From the NCBI RefSeq assembly GCF_018350175.1, contig NC_058373.1, positions 15,748,001 to 15,812,000 of the forward strand: a stretch of DNA of 64,000 bases, read 5' to 3'. The notes below the pieces were generated by a model. It was not told where the DNA came from and searched no databases. It worked only from the letters and a program-made list of their open reading frames with translations. Within the stretch, counting starts at the first letter, position 1. Each line of letters opens with the position of its first letter. The position numbers were made by a program, and so were the translations under genes. The stretch comes from Felis catus (lineage: Eukaryota). Positions 49,001-60,499 of this stretch are shown here, piece after piece.

Positions 49001-50490
49001 GGAGACCTCTGTCCGTCCTGTTTACTTCTTTTACCGTGTTATATTCCTTTTTCTTAACGGATTTTTTTTTCCTGAAGTTCACGGACATTTCTTTTTGCCT
49101 GAACCTCAAAACAATTCCTAGATCTTTATGGCACCAGTGAATAAAGTTCGGAAATGCAAGCAGTCTAGCCCCGGTACACCAGTAGCCCCCACTTCCAATT
49201 CGATGAAGGCCATTATGGACCAGCTATGTCATAAGAAAATCTACTATTATGATATAATTTTTTTCCCTTCATTACTCAGAGACAGCGGTCTTATTTAATT
49301 ACCCGTATTTGTAGACATTCAGTATGTGGTGATTCTTTGGGGATGGTGATTATTTTGCTGTAATACTTCTGAAAGGATCTGGTACCATGCTTTATGAGCA
49401 GAAATGAAAGCGATCTACCCATTTAACCCAGAAGAAAAACGTCGTTTTAAAATGAAAACATCTCGTTTCATTTCAATTTGTATAACTGGATTTATAATAT
49501 TTATGTTGCAACCTTTTTTCCCCCCAGGCCCAGTAGTCTTTTAGCATTTAGAACTTGGTTGTTCATCAGATTTCCATCGGATTCGCTTAATGCAGGTGTC
49601 TTTTTATTTTCCTCTGGCTAGAACCCACTACTCCCAACTTGATCGCAATGTCTCTGGTGCAGTAAGAAGTCCTCTTGCCAAGGAGCAAAAGACTTATCTT
49701 TATATTTCCTAGTGAAACTCCCAGTTTACTGCGTCTCTCTTCCTGTCCCTTAATCACATCGTTTTATCTGTAAAAAAAAATTGTCATGAGCCCCCCAAAC
49801 ATAATTCACTACAGGTCATCTACCCTGTTATTAGCAGCTCTGGGACAAAACACGCACACGATTTACTAAGGCTGTTCGGTCATTTTAAAAACCTCTTACT
49901 TCGGCAAGAGACTATATCCCCATCCTGTTCGGTCAGAGCCCGCCTGCTTGTAGCCAGACTGGGGACAGATAACAGGCACAGGAGAACGTTTCAGACTCTT
50001 GATGTCAACACGATAAGCCTGTAAAATTGTATGGACGCAAGTAACGCGGTGTTCTTCTCTAAGCAACTGCGAGAAGCCGGTGGCTCAGAAATTCAGAAAG
50101 CCCCTCTCGTGGAGCCAGAGAAGGCGACAGCCACTGGTCACTGGCTCCAGCAGGCCACTCCCTTTGGAGCTTGTCAAGGAGCAGGCAGCTCACGGGGGTC
50201 TGTGAAGTCATTCCAGAGAGCTCACCATGGGAACCGAGGGAGAGCTCTGTGCTTTAAGGACACACACAGCTGTGATGTCACAGGCACAAAGATAATAATA
50301 AAATGTGGCTAGCGTGGTGTTAGCTACACCTTGGCCCTTTTGTCTTCTTTCCCAGCTCGTATAATTTTGTATCCTTGTGCGAATCGCCTCATTAGGGAAA
50401 GAGACTCAAAATTGGGGTCAGAGTATTTAAACCTGACCTGTGCAGAGGCCAGACAAGGCTGGGGCCCACCGAGGTTTCACTTCAGAGCCC

Positions 50491-51329
50491 NNNNNNNNNN
50501 NNNNNNNNNNNNNNNNNNNNNNNNNNNNNNNNNNNNNNNNNNNNNNNNNNNNNNNNNNNNNNNNNNNNNNNNNNNNNNNNNNNNNNNNNNNNNNNNNNNN
50601 NNNNNNNNNNNNNNNNNNNNNNNNNNNNNNNNNNNNNNNNNNNNNNNNNNNNNNNNNNNNNNNNNNNNNNNNNNNNNGGAGCTTTTTTTTCCCTTTTGCT
50701 TTTCATACTTCCAAACCTCAAAGGAGGTGGGGGAACAATCAGGCTCANNNNNNNNNNNNNNNNNNNNNNNNNNNNNNNNNNNNNNNNNNNNNNNNNNNNN
50801 NNNNNNNNNNNNNNNNNNNNNNNNNNNNNNNNNNNNNNNNNNNNNNNNNNNNNNNNNNNNNNNNNNNNNNNNNNNNNNNNNNNNNNNNNNNNNNNNNNNN
50901 NNNNNNNNNNNNNNNNNNNNNNNNNNNNNNNNNNNNNNNNNNNNNNNNNNNNNNNNNNNNNNNNNNNNNNNNNNNNNNNNNNNNNNNNNNNNNNNNNNNN
51001 NNNNNNNNNNNNNNNNNNNNNNNNNNNNNNNNNNNNNNNNNNNNNNNNNNNNNNNNNNNNNNNNNNNNNNNNNNNNNNNTTTGCTGAAAATCATCCACCC
51101 CTAAATAGCTAAATATTTCATTTTTAGCGTTAGGCTGCTGAATCCGAAAGAAAAAAATATGCAANNNNNNNNNNNNNNNNNNNNNNNNNNNNNNNNNNNN
51201 NNNNNNNNNNNNNNNNNNNNNNNNNNNNNNNNNNNNNNNNNNNNNNNNNNNNNNNNNNNNNNNNNNNNNNNNNNNNNNNNNNNNNNNNNNNNNNNNNNNN
51301 NNNNNNNNNNNNNNNNNNNNNNNNNNNNN
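50491..51329. other. Cluster of three assembly gaps with two short sequence islands
   Basis: N runs 50491-50677, 50748-51080, 51165-51329. Confidence 1.
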
Positions 51330-51523
51330 ATAAAACTCAGGTTGTCATCTGGCTCAAGCCAGAGAATATTTGCTTTCCGGTTTGGTCATTCTTGTACAAC
51401 CTTCTAATAATACTCAGTTTCTTCTCATCTATTTAATTTTTAGTTGATAGAGAAAATAAAGTTTATTGTCAATTTAGTCGAAGTTAGCTAACCAGAGGGG
51501 AGGTAGATGTAATAATCTAGTAT

Positions 51524-51524
<1 letters not shown>

Positions 51525-51562
<38 letters not shown>
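51525..51562. repeat. (TG)n microsatellite
   Basis: Direct reading. Confidence 0.95.
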
Positions 51563-51564
<2 letters not shown>

Positions 51565-52092
51565 TGGGGGCTGGTCAGTGATTTTTCTATTTGGAACATT
51601 ATCTAGATATAAAAAAATAAATAAAGGAAAAAAAATAAATAAATGTAGGAGCTATTTGGGCTTCGGGCCGGCTGGACATTTGGAAGCCGAAAGAAAACGC
51701 AAGGGTCGGGGCTCAGGCACACGCAGCAAGAATGAATGAGGCTGAATCTCGAGTAAGGGGAAGGGGGTTGCAATGATCATGGTGCGTTTGGTCACAACCC
51801 AAATGAGACGTAATTTGCAAAAGAGCACCATTAACCAGCCTTTCAGAAGATGGGGCTGGTTTTTTAAAACAGTCTCTGAACCAAGATCAGCTTCGTAATG
51901 CCAGTTTTCTTTTCTCCACAGGGTTTTTCACCTATAGTACCTGTTAGGCTTTGATTTTTAGGTGGAGCTGACCTCTTGCACACTGCCCCTGAGCAGATAT
52001 ATCTGCTCCTCTTTGCTTGCCAGCACAGAGAAAATGTTTATACGTGGGTGATCACGTTGGGCTGCTCAGCAGGGCAAGGGTTAACTACTTAC

Positions 52093-52175
52093 ATACTGTC
52101 GACCCCTTTCAAGCAGGGACTGAGAACTGCTGCTTCTAGGCAACCACATCAAGCGCTTGAGGGCTTTGGTAATCG
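52093..52175 (-). CDS. Candidate internal exon (83 nt)
   Basis: Strong acceptor atttctttttattattactttgtcatcag|, donor TAT|gtaagt; xITKALKRLMWLPRSSSSQSLLERGRQY, phase 1 to 0. Confidence 0.25.
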
Positions 52176-53305
52176 CTGATGACAAAGTAATAATAAAAAG
52201 AAATATGGCCGCTCTTGGAGCATCTTTCATCTACGTACGTACGGTGGGGCACCTGTTGCACAAAAGGCCAGAACTTTGCCTGACGTATTTGGAAACTGAG
52301 GTAACTGGCCCCCTTGCCTTTCCCAGAGGCAACCAAGCTGACTGGAAACCACTTGACTTGTCTGCCTCACTTGGGAGAGTGGGCCCATCTTGATTCGCAG
52401 GAAGATGGCACCCGCTTTGGCCTCCTCAAGTGCTGGAGTGCCCTTGGGGGCCGAGAGGGAAAGACGCGTGGGAGTGGTTATTCAGACAGGCAAAGGCTTA
52501 GGCTTCACAGAGAACATCTTCCCTGACACATGATACCCTCAAGGTCTGGACATAAGCACCTCCTGAGAGACAGGGTGGTATTAAAAAACTCCCTGGATAA
52601 GATACGCTTATCATATCAGCTTTGAATGGTCTCCTTGACTTTCCTGGTGTAAGACCGGAGGTCGCAAGGATTGCCATGGAAGTATAAGACTAGGAGTTTT
52701 TGGTCTATTCCCCTGAGATCATCCTTCTAGAAACACAGTATTGTCAAGTAACAAATAGAGACTAGCGTTCGTGCTTTTGATGGATGAGCTTTTATTTTAT
52801 GGGTTCCAGGTTACTTTTCTTCTCAGGGTGGGTGAAAGAGTTTCAAAAGAGGGCATCGTGTGATCTGGGCGTGATGGTTGCTTCATTCTCTGCTGCAGAA
52901 CACGAGAGCAACATAGCCAGCTTTGTTTCACCTCACTGCGAACGGCCGAGGGGAGACGGACCACCCTTGTTGGCCCCCGTGCCTGGCAGAGGGAGGGTGA
53001 CTGACATTTTCCGAGGGCTATGTGCTGTTTAGCTTTCTAAACGGAATCACCTTCTCTTCTGTAAGGAAGAGATTACGGGAGGTGTTGGCCTTGACCCAGG
53101 TTTGCAATGCTGGGAATAACACTGGTCCGAGCCTTCACCAGGTCCTGTCTCCCTCCAAAGTGGAAGTCTTTGCCACTTCATTCACTTGTTTATTAATTTC
53201 TTCAGTTACTCATCCATTCATGCCTTCATCCTTTCATTAACTCACAACGTGTCTGACTACCAAATGTCCGTAGGCCAATGAACGGTTCATCAAAATATGG
53301 TGTGT

Positions 53306-53535
53306 GGGGCACCTGGGTGGCTCAGCCAGTTAAGCATCCGACTTCGGCTCAGGTCATGATCTTGCAATTCATGAGTTCGAGTCCCACATCAGGCTCTGTG
53401 CTGACAGCTCGGAGCCTGGAGCCTGCTTCGAATTCTGTGTCTCCCTTTCTCTCTGCCCCTGCCCCGCTCATGCCCTGTCTCTCTGTCTCTCTCTCTCTGT
53501 CAAAAATAAATAAACATTAAAAAAATTAAAAAAAA
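53306..53535 (+). mobile_element. Can-SINE
   Basis: Full copy. Confidence 0.95.
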
Positions 53536-53536
53536 G

Positions 53537-53559
53537 TTTTTATTCTGGGGGGGAGGAGC

Positions 53560-53592
<33 letters not shown>

Positions 53593-53705
53593 ATCCCAAG
53601 CAGGTTCCATAGCAGATGCAGGGCTCGATCCCATGACTCTGAGATCATCACCTCAGCCAAAATCAAGAGTTGGACACTCAACCGACTGAGCCACATAGGC
53701 ACCTT
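53537..53705 (-). mobile_element. Can-SINE (older subfamily), tail-to-tail with the previous copy
   Basis: (GA)n gaatcccaagcagg...aaaatcaagagttggacactcaaccgactgagcca. Confidence 0.92.
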
Positions 53706-53941
53706 TATATTTTACAATTAAAAAAATGCTTTGAAAACTTATCATATTCTATACACTGCACTAATTCCAGAGAATATGGGGGCTGAATATCAAGACGACT
53801 TTTACAATTAAAAAAAAAAATCTTTCTTAAAATGAAGGCAATTTTTTCTCTCTGGCCCATAGTTACCCCAGACTTGTCCTTCAAACAGGCTGTGTCTGAG
53901 TTGAACAAGATGGCATTCACTGTCTAGGTTAAGGAGGATGA

Positions 53942-53954
53942 ACACGCGTGTGCG

Positions 53955-54006
<52 letters not shown>
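53942..54006. repeat. (CG)/(CA)n microsatellite
   Basis: Direct reading. Confidence 0.95.
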
Positions 54007-55465
54007 TTTTCCTGCTTATCCAAAGATGGTGTTAGTTAGACTCAGTTTTAATCATATTTCGATATAAGGGAAGAACTTGCAAAGACTGTAACACTGAATA
54101 AAGTAAAGAGGTGTCATTGTCTTCAAGTGTATTCTAATTGTTCCTCTGAATGTCCATTGTCCTTTCCTTTTGTCGTTGTCACACTTTATTACAACTGAAG
54201 AAGGTGTTCTCATGTAAAATTTAAAAGACGTAAGTCACAACGTTGTTGTTGTTGTTGTTGAGGCATAGAAGTATCTTCTGTCAGCAAAGCAAGCCGATTG
54301 CATATTATGTGTCAAAACAGTACTTAATTTCCTTGACACTTACCTCTGTTAATTTCCCCTCAATTCTGCTTTGATCTATATACGTTCTTCCTTTTGTTCT
54401 GTGTCAATTAAATGTTGAGCTTGCCGGAGGGCAGTCTCTCCCTTTCCCCTCTTCCTGGTGCGCCCTTTCTCTGAGCACAGGGCTGGGAGAAGTGGAGTTG
54501 CTGTCTCGCTGTGTGACACACAAGTGTGCCTCCAGCATCTGAAATATTAATGCCCGGTGTCAGGTAGCACATTACCGGGAGGTGCACCTGCCTGGAGATT
54601 TGAATTAGAGTTCTCAACCCTCTCCCCTAGGAGGCTTCGTGGTTGTTGATATTTGGCTCAAATGTACATATTTTGAAATCTGCCGGGTAGATTCAAGAGT
54701 TTAATTTCTGAAAGCGCCAAGCTGTTTAAATTTAAACCCCACCATCTTTGCGGCAGAGACGTGCGTTCTTTATTCATTTCCAGTTATACTGATTACCTGT
54801 TTGTTTTACAAAATCTTTCCTTTTTTGTCCGAATGTAAATGGATGCAGAATGCCAGTTTTGAAGGAAGCAAAACGGACATGTGTTGGGCTGGTTGAAGAG
54901 GGGGGAGTGTGGGCGGGGGGGAGGGTTCTAGAGCCCAGCCACATCAGTCTGGTTGACTTCCCCCCAAGATATGCTGTCTCGACCATTTACGAGGGCACCC
55001 CCACTGAACCTCATTTGAAATGTCAAAGGATTGACTCTCTTCCCAGCCAATCCACTCTTTCCTGGGCACCTCGCAATCGTCTTCTCTTGGAGATGTAGAA
55101 CCTGACATTACATGTACTTAAAGTGCACATTTTCCTCCATGGCTCGTGGGAGGGCTCATTTTATACTGCCTTAGCCTCCAGAAGTTTTCTTCACATTTTT
55201 CTTCCAGAGAACAACCGCTCGTCTGTTTTGGCCCTGCCCAAGTCATCAGACTCAAGCTTATCTCCATCATGATAAATAATCCACATTCCTCTCTCAGTTG
55301 GTCACTTAACCATTGAAACTCTGAAGCAAACTCCCGTTCCCAGTGAAAGACTATCTAGACCTCTCAGCATGTTACCATTCGTTCAACAAATATTCACTGA
55401 GTTTCTCATTGGGGGTCATCAGAGGTGAATCTGTCACACCCCTCCCTTCAAGAGGCTTGCAGACA

Positions 55466-55596
55466 GGGCCTCCTGGGGGACTCGTCAGTCAAGCAGCATC
55501 CAACTCTTGGTTTAGGCTCAGGTCATGACCTCCTCCTGGTTCGTGAGTTCTAGCCCTGAGTTGGGCTCTGGGCTGACGGTGTGGAGCCTGCTTGGG

Positions 55597-55635
<39 letters not shown>

Positions 55636-55690
55636 TCCTCCTCGGTGCTTTATCTCTCCCTCAAAAATAAATAAACTTAAAAAAAAAAAG
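55466..55690 (+). mobile_element. Can-SINE within an L2-like fragment
   Basis: TSD cttgcagaca; long (CT)n. Confidence 0.92.
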
Positions 55691-55779
55691 AGGGAAAGAC
55701 TTGCAGACAAGTAAGGGGTGAGATGCATATGTTTGTGTATAGAAAGAGGACTATGAAAAAATAATGCTATGAACCAAAG

Positions 55780-55935
55780 TGCCTGCTGGGTGCCAGGCAT
55801 TTGCCGTTATTTATTCTGATCATCACCGTAAACCAGCAACATTTTTAACCTTCCTTTTTATCGGATGATGAAACTGAGTTTTCAGAAAGGTTAACTGAAT
55901 CAGATCTGATCTCAAAGCCCGTGCTTTTTTGTCTC
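55780..55935 (-). mobile_element. MIR fragment
   Basis: tgccaggcat..., gatgatgaaactgag...agaaaggttaa. Confidence 0.65.
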
Positions 55936-57489
55936 CAGCACATCACCTACGGGCCACTCCACGAAAGACCATCAAGGCCCTCGATGCACTAGGTGACACC
56001 TTAGCCACAGTGCTATAGGGTCCTGCTCCTGCATATATGGCTCTTAGGCTCAAAGTAAACAGCACTCATCAGCTCCAAACAGTACTCATCCGGCAACTTC
56101 TAGAAGGCCAGACTGGCTTCAGTCAAAACGAAATGAAACCCACGGCACACTTTCTCTTTTCAGCCCGAACCAGGGCAAGGTTCACGGCCTCCTGACCCAC
56201 GTGAGTGGGAAGAGCCCACATCTGGCTTTCTAATTAACTGATGTCATTCGCTAGACGGGTCATTTAAGCATCTCTAGGCATCAGGACCAGAGCGTGGGAA
56301 ATGAACGCGAAAACCCCTGCCGGAGGCATGCACTCTAAAGATTGATTTATGATCCAAAATTATAAAAGTCATACGTGAAGCCTAATCAGTCTCCGGTGGA
56401 CCCCAAAAGCTCTTCGGAGCAGACTTAAGAATTCCTGTCGCATGAGAAGTGCGCCAGAACTTTCGTGGTAGAGACAGATTTTACGGATGCTAGTCAGTGG
56501 CGGTAGGTGTTGGCAGGGAGGGAGTTAACTGAACGTGCCCCAGAGCCATCCAGAATTTTCAGCTAAGAGGGTGTTCACTCTGCTGTGAACCCCAATTAAA
56601 AATAAAACCCCTAGCTGGGCGAGCCCGCCCCATCCTTAGGATAAACAAGATTTGATTCACTGCGATTGCACTGTACTAACTGTGTTGTAGAGTAATACAG
56701 TATATATGCCTCCTCTAGGGAGGCACAAAAGAGGCGGCTTAATTATCATCTAGCCAGAAGGATGGGGCATAGTTAACACCTTTCTGGGTGGGCTGAAATT
56801 AATGACCCCTTCCCCCCACTATTGCCTATCTCCAAGCCCCTTTATAAATGGCTATATAACACAGTAGTTGGTATTCAGATCACAAGAGAGGGCATTTAGT
56901 GAAAGCATTTGTCTACAGGGCTTGATCTCTTTTTAATTTTATTCAGATTTACAACTGTGTTATTAAGTAAGATAACTGGATCCTGTCTGAAGTCGATCAG
57001 GGCCTTCCTTACTCACATCTGAACATCTGAAGTTGACATTAATTTTCGCGATTGGACGTCATGCTTTTTCCCTAAGTGTTTTCACAGGCTGCTTTCCCGC
57101 GGCCGCCCTGAACCCTCCGTTCTGCCGGGCTGTGTGTGCAGCCTGCCTCCCACTTCAGGCGAGGAGAGTGGGCTTTGGGGACAAAAAGATCGGACTTCTG
57201 AAGTGTGTTGGAGAAGCTTTAAAATTTCACAGATGGTCAAATGGCTGGGGAATTTGCTTTCTCTTTGGGCAAAGAGAGAACTGTCACATCGAATAGTGAT
57301 ATGTGAATTTAATGTAGCGTTTTCTTCGTGAAGTATACAGATACGTATGGTATATGCATATGCAGACACATGCACCCACATAATAATGGCATCGTCTCCT
57401 GAAATCATGCGTTTGTGGTTCACAAAGTGGTGAGAGCAAGATTGCTGATGTCACGGATGTCATGTGATGTCATTAGGTCATGTGGTAAT

Positions 57490-57910
57490 CCACACGACAG
57501 GCTTGAAATAAGGACATTATTAGCCCCACTTTACATTTGAGAAAAGTGACCTTCCAAGCCTAAGTGATTAATTCAAAGCTAATGAGGACGAGAGTAAAGA
57601 CTCACACCCACTTTTTTTTTTTTTTTTTGACTCTAAATTCAGTGGCATTCAATTATTTACTCTGCCTTTTCTGGAAGTAAAGTCACGGTTACGAGGAGTC
57701 CACCTTCTCATTCTCTCAATTTTCTTTCTCTCAAGTGGCATTCATGGTGCAGCAGTCAGGAACACCGGGTTCGATTGCCACTTGCAAAATCTGTGTGCTG
57801 CTCAGGTGAGGTATTTAACCTCTTTCAACTTGGTCCCCGCATGTAAAAATGGGGAGAAAAAAGTACTATTCAAAGAAAATTTCCCCAGGACAAAATAATG
57901 AGAGAAAAGT
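57490..57910. mobile_element. Two MIR fragments in opposite orientations
   Basis: attattagccccactttaca...aagtga; then gggttcgatt...gtatttaacctct...atgtaaaaatgggga. Confidence 0.5.
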
Positions 57911-57945
57911 GCTTAGACTATGTTCTTTTGTCAATAACCTATAAG

Positions 57946-57995
57946 TAACCTACTCCACTCCTTGGGAGGTTAACCTACTCCACTCCTTGGGAGGT
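57946..57995. repeat. Perfect 25-bp tandem duplication
   Basis: taacctactccactccttgggaggt x2. Confidence 0.97.
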
Positions 57996-58010
57996 TTACA
58001 TGTATTCTTT

Positions 58011-58241
58011 TTTTTTTATATATATTTAAAAAAATTTTTTTTCAACGTTTATTTTTGGGACAGAGAGAGACAGAGCATGAACGGGGGAGGGGCAGAGAGA
58101 GAGGGAGACACAGAATCAGAAACAGGCTCCAGGCTCCGAGCCATCAGCCCAGAGCCTGACGCGGGGCTCGAACTCATGGACCGCGAGATCGTGACCTGGC
58201 TGAAGTCGGACGCTTAACCGACTGCGCCACCCAGGCGCCCC
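58011..58241 (-). mobile_element. Young SINEC_Fc
   Basis: CpG-rich; 14-bp TSD tacatgtattcttt at 57997-58010 and 58242-58255. Confidence 0.97.
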
Positions 58242-58904
58242 TACATGTATTCTTTATACGACAAAACATTTCATGCTTTGCATACCCACATAGGATCTGC
58301 TAGGAATCCTTAGATCTTGGTTCAAAAAAGAAATGTTCATGGGGCACATTTTGAAGATCAAGACTTGAACTGGGAGATTTCCTAAGTGTGGTTCTGGTGT
58401 TCTGCATTAGTGTATTTATTCACCTAGTGAGACAGGAACAGAATCTGTCTATTGTCTCACTCCTGAAGCCCATTTGGGTCACCTTGATGCGACTCTGAGG
58501 CCCGTGGAGCCTCAGACCTTTTAAGGCCGTGAAAGTGCTAGCCGAAATATTGTAAGTAGATCTAAAGCAAATGATTACAAAGACAATTAGGCCAAGTAGA
58601 TGTGACCTAGAAGGTCAGGAAAGACGCAATTAGGTCAGGTTTTGTTGAATGCTTTACTCCCATTTTAGCTGGCTTTAACAGATCTCATAGAGCAGATGGC
58701 AGCACTTGTCTTAGGAAAGCCCAAAGGTTATCACATAAGCTTCTAACAATCAGTATTAATATCTCATTCTCAAAAGTTAATTTCCTCTTATAATGACGGT
58801 TGTACAGAATAATACAGAAGTCCAGAAAATACTTACTCATGTTGGAAAAAAAAAAAAAAAGAAAAAGATCCCCCTTCATTTTTCAAAAAACTTACTCCAG
58901 GGTC

Positions 58905-60290
58905 CCTTCATTTATTCAGAAGATATTTAATAAGTACACACTAGGTGCTAAACATTGGAATCAGTGGTTGGGATTCAGTTGTGAGTGTATGAGTTTTAAC
59001 GGAGTCTACACTCTAGTGGGGCATCTAGACAGACCATCATCGAATAAGCGCAGTGATGGACACCTAAGAGATTTAGAAGTGAAATAAAAATGAGTACCAA
59101 AAGAGATAGGAAAATGGTTCTATTGAAAGAGATAAGAAAGAAACATGACCTTATTGGGAACAGGGGATTCTAAGAAAGGCTTTCCTGAAGCACATGTAGC
59201 TTAAGCCTCTCGAGATCTAAAGGATGGGGAAGCAAGAACTAGACGGGATGAGAGGAAGGGTTAGAGAAAGAAGGATGAGCATGTGTAAAATCCTGATGGT
59301 GGGAAGAAGAGTAGCTTACGAGAAGTCCAGAAGGAGCCAATGGGGCAGGCGGAGAGAGAATGACGAGGATGGAGACGTAGGACCCAGTTAGAAAGCTAAC
59401 CAGTGACCAGACCATGCGGTGCTACCATGAAGATGTCGTTCTTCCCTTAAGATTGGTGGGAAACCTTTCCACAGCGCCAAGCAGAGATATCAGAGAATCA
59501 GATTTGTTCTTTGCAAAGATTATTTGGACTGCTGTGGGAATAATGGACTCTGGGAGCCAAGTACTGCCAGAAAGAGAGAGCCAGCTTGGAGACGGTAGTA
59601 GAGATCATGAAAAAAGTAGATAGACTCAAGAAATATTTTGCAGGTGAAGTTGAAAGGATTGGGCAATGGCTTGGCTAGTTCTGGAGGTGAGGGCTGGAGA
59701 AGTCAAGGCCAATTCTATAATTGAACACGTGCCAGGGTCATTCATTAAATTAGGCAACCCTGAGAAAGGCTGAATTTTGAGTACATCAAGTTTGAGTGGC
59801 ATCGGGCCATTCGAACAGACACTAAAGAGAGGAGATGGGATGTCTGGATTTAAAGATATTAGACGATATCTGGATGCACATAGAATACTGTGAGTCATTG
59901 GCATTTGGTGCTCTAATAATGGAAGCCCTGGACTTAGCTGAGATCTTTCAGGGGCTCTATTTCTTATAAAGCGACATGAAAAACAGCCAAGATGAGTGAC
60001 TTCAAACATTAAAGACTAGGTGGATGTGCATTAATCCGCAAGAGAAGTAGGAGAATCAGAAGAATGTTGTGTCATGAAAACCAAAGGAAAGGGAAGGAGT
60101 GACTAAGAGTATAAAATGCTCTGAGAAGTCAACCTGAGCACGAAGAATCATCCACTGCATTTACCAGTGCTGTGGCCACTGTGGCCACGAGAGATCCCTT
60201 TTGCCAACTGAAGGCATATTCACATGGTAGAGGGAGGGACACGTGGAAGGTTAGCAAACGGAAACTGAGTATGTACAATATTCTTAGGGA
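58905..60290 (-). mobile_element. L2 fragment
   Basis: ttcatttattcagaagatatt..., agaaaggctttcctgaag, atcagatttg, gtgtcatgaaaaccaa. Confidence 0.75.
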
Positions 60291-60499
60291 AGTTGGCCAT
60301 AAGGACAAAGAGGGTCGCCTCCATTCTCAGGACTGGAGAGACCATCTACACGTTCCTGGCTCCCAAATCCGCTATTTCTGGACTTGACGTCCGTCAGGGC
60401 TTCAGGTCCTATCCACCTGACCTTTGAACCTCTTCTGAAAGTCACATATATCTCAACCGCATTAAATGACAAACGGAGCTGGCCCCGCCTGCCCTTGGC

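Noticed and set aside
50331-51407. ORFs of 138-257 aa
   Set aside because: Artefacts of N gaps
54724-54737. 14-bp palindrome GTTTAAATTTAAAC
   Set aside because: AT-rich low complexity, expected by chance
56627-56769. 11-bp inverted repeat GCCCCATCCTT/AAGGATGGGGC
   Set aside because: Does not extend; spacing of ~120 bp makes chance plausible
57946-57995. CRISPR-like direct repeat
   Set aside because: Only two adjacent copies, no spacers, eukaryotic context
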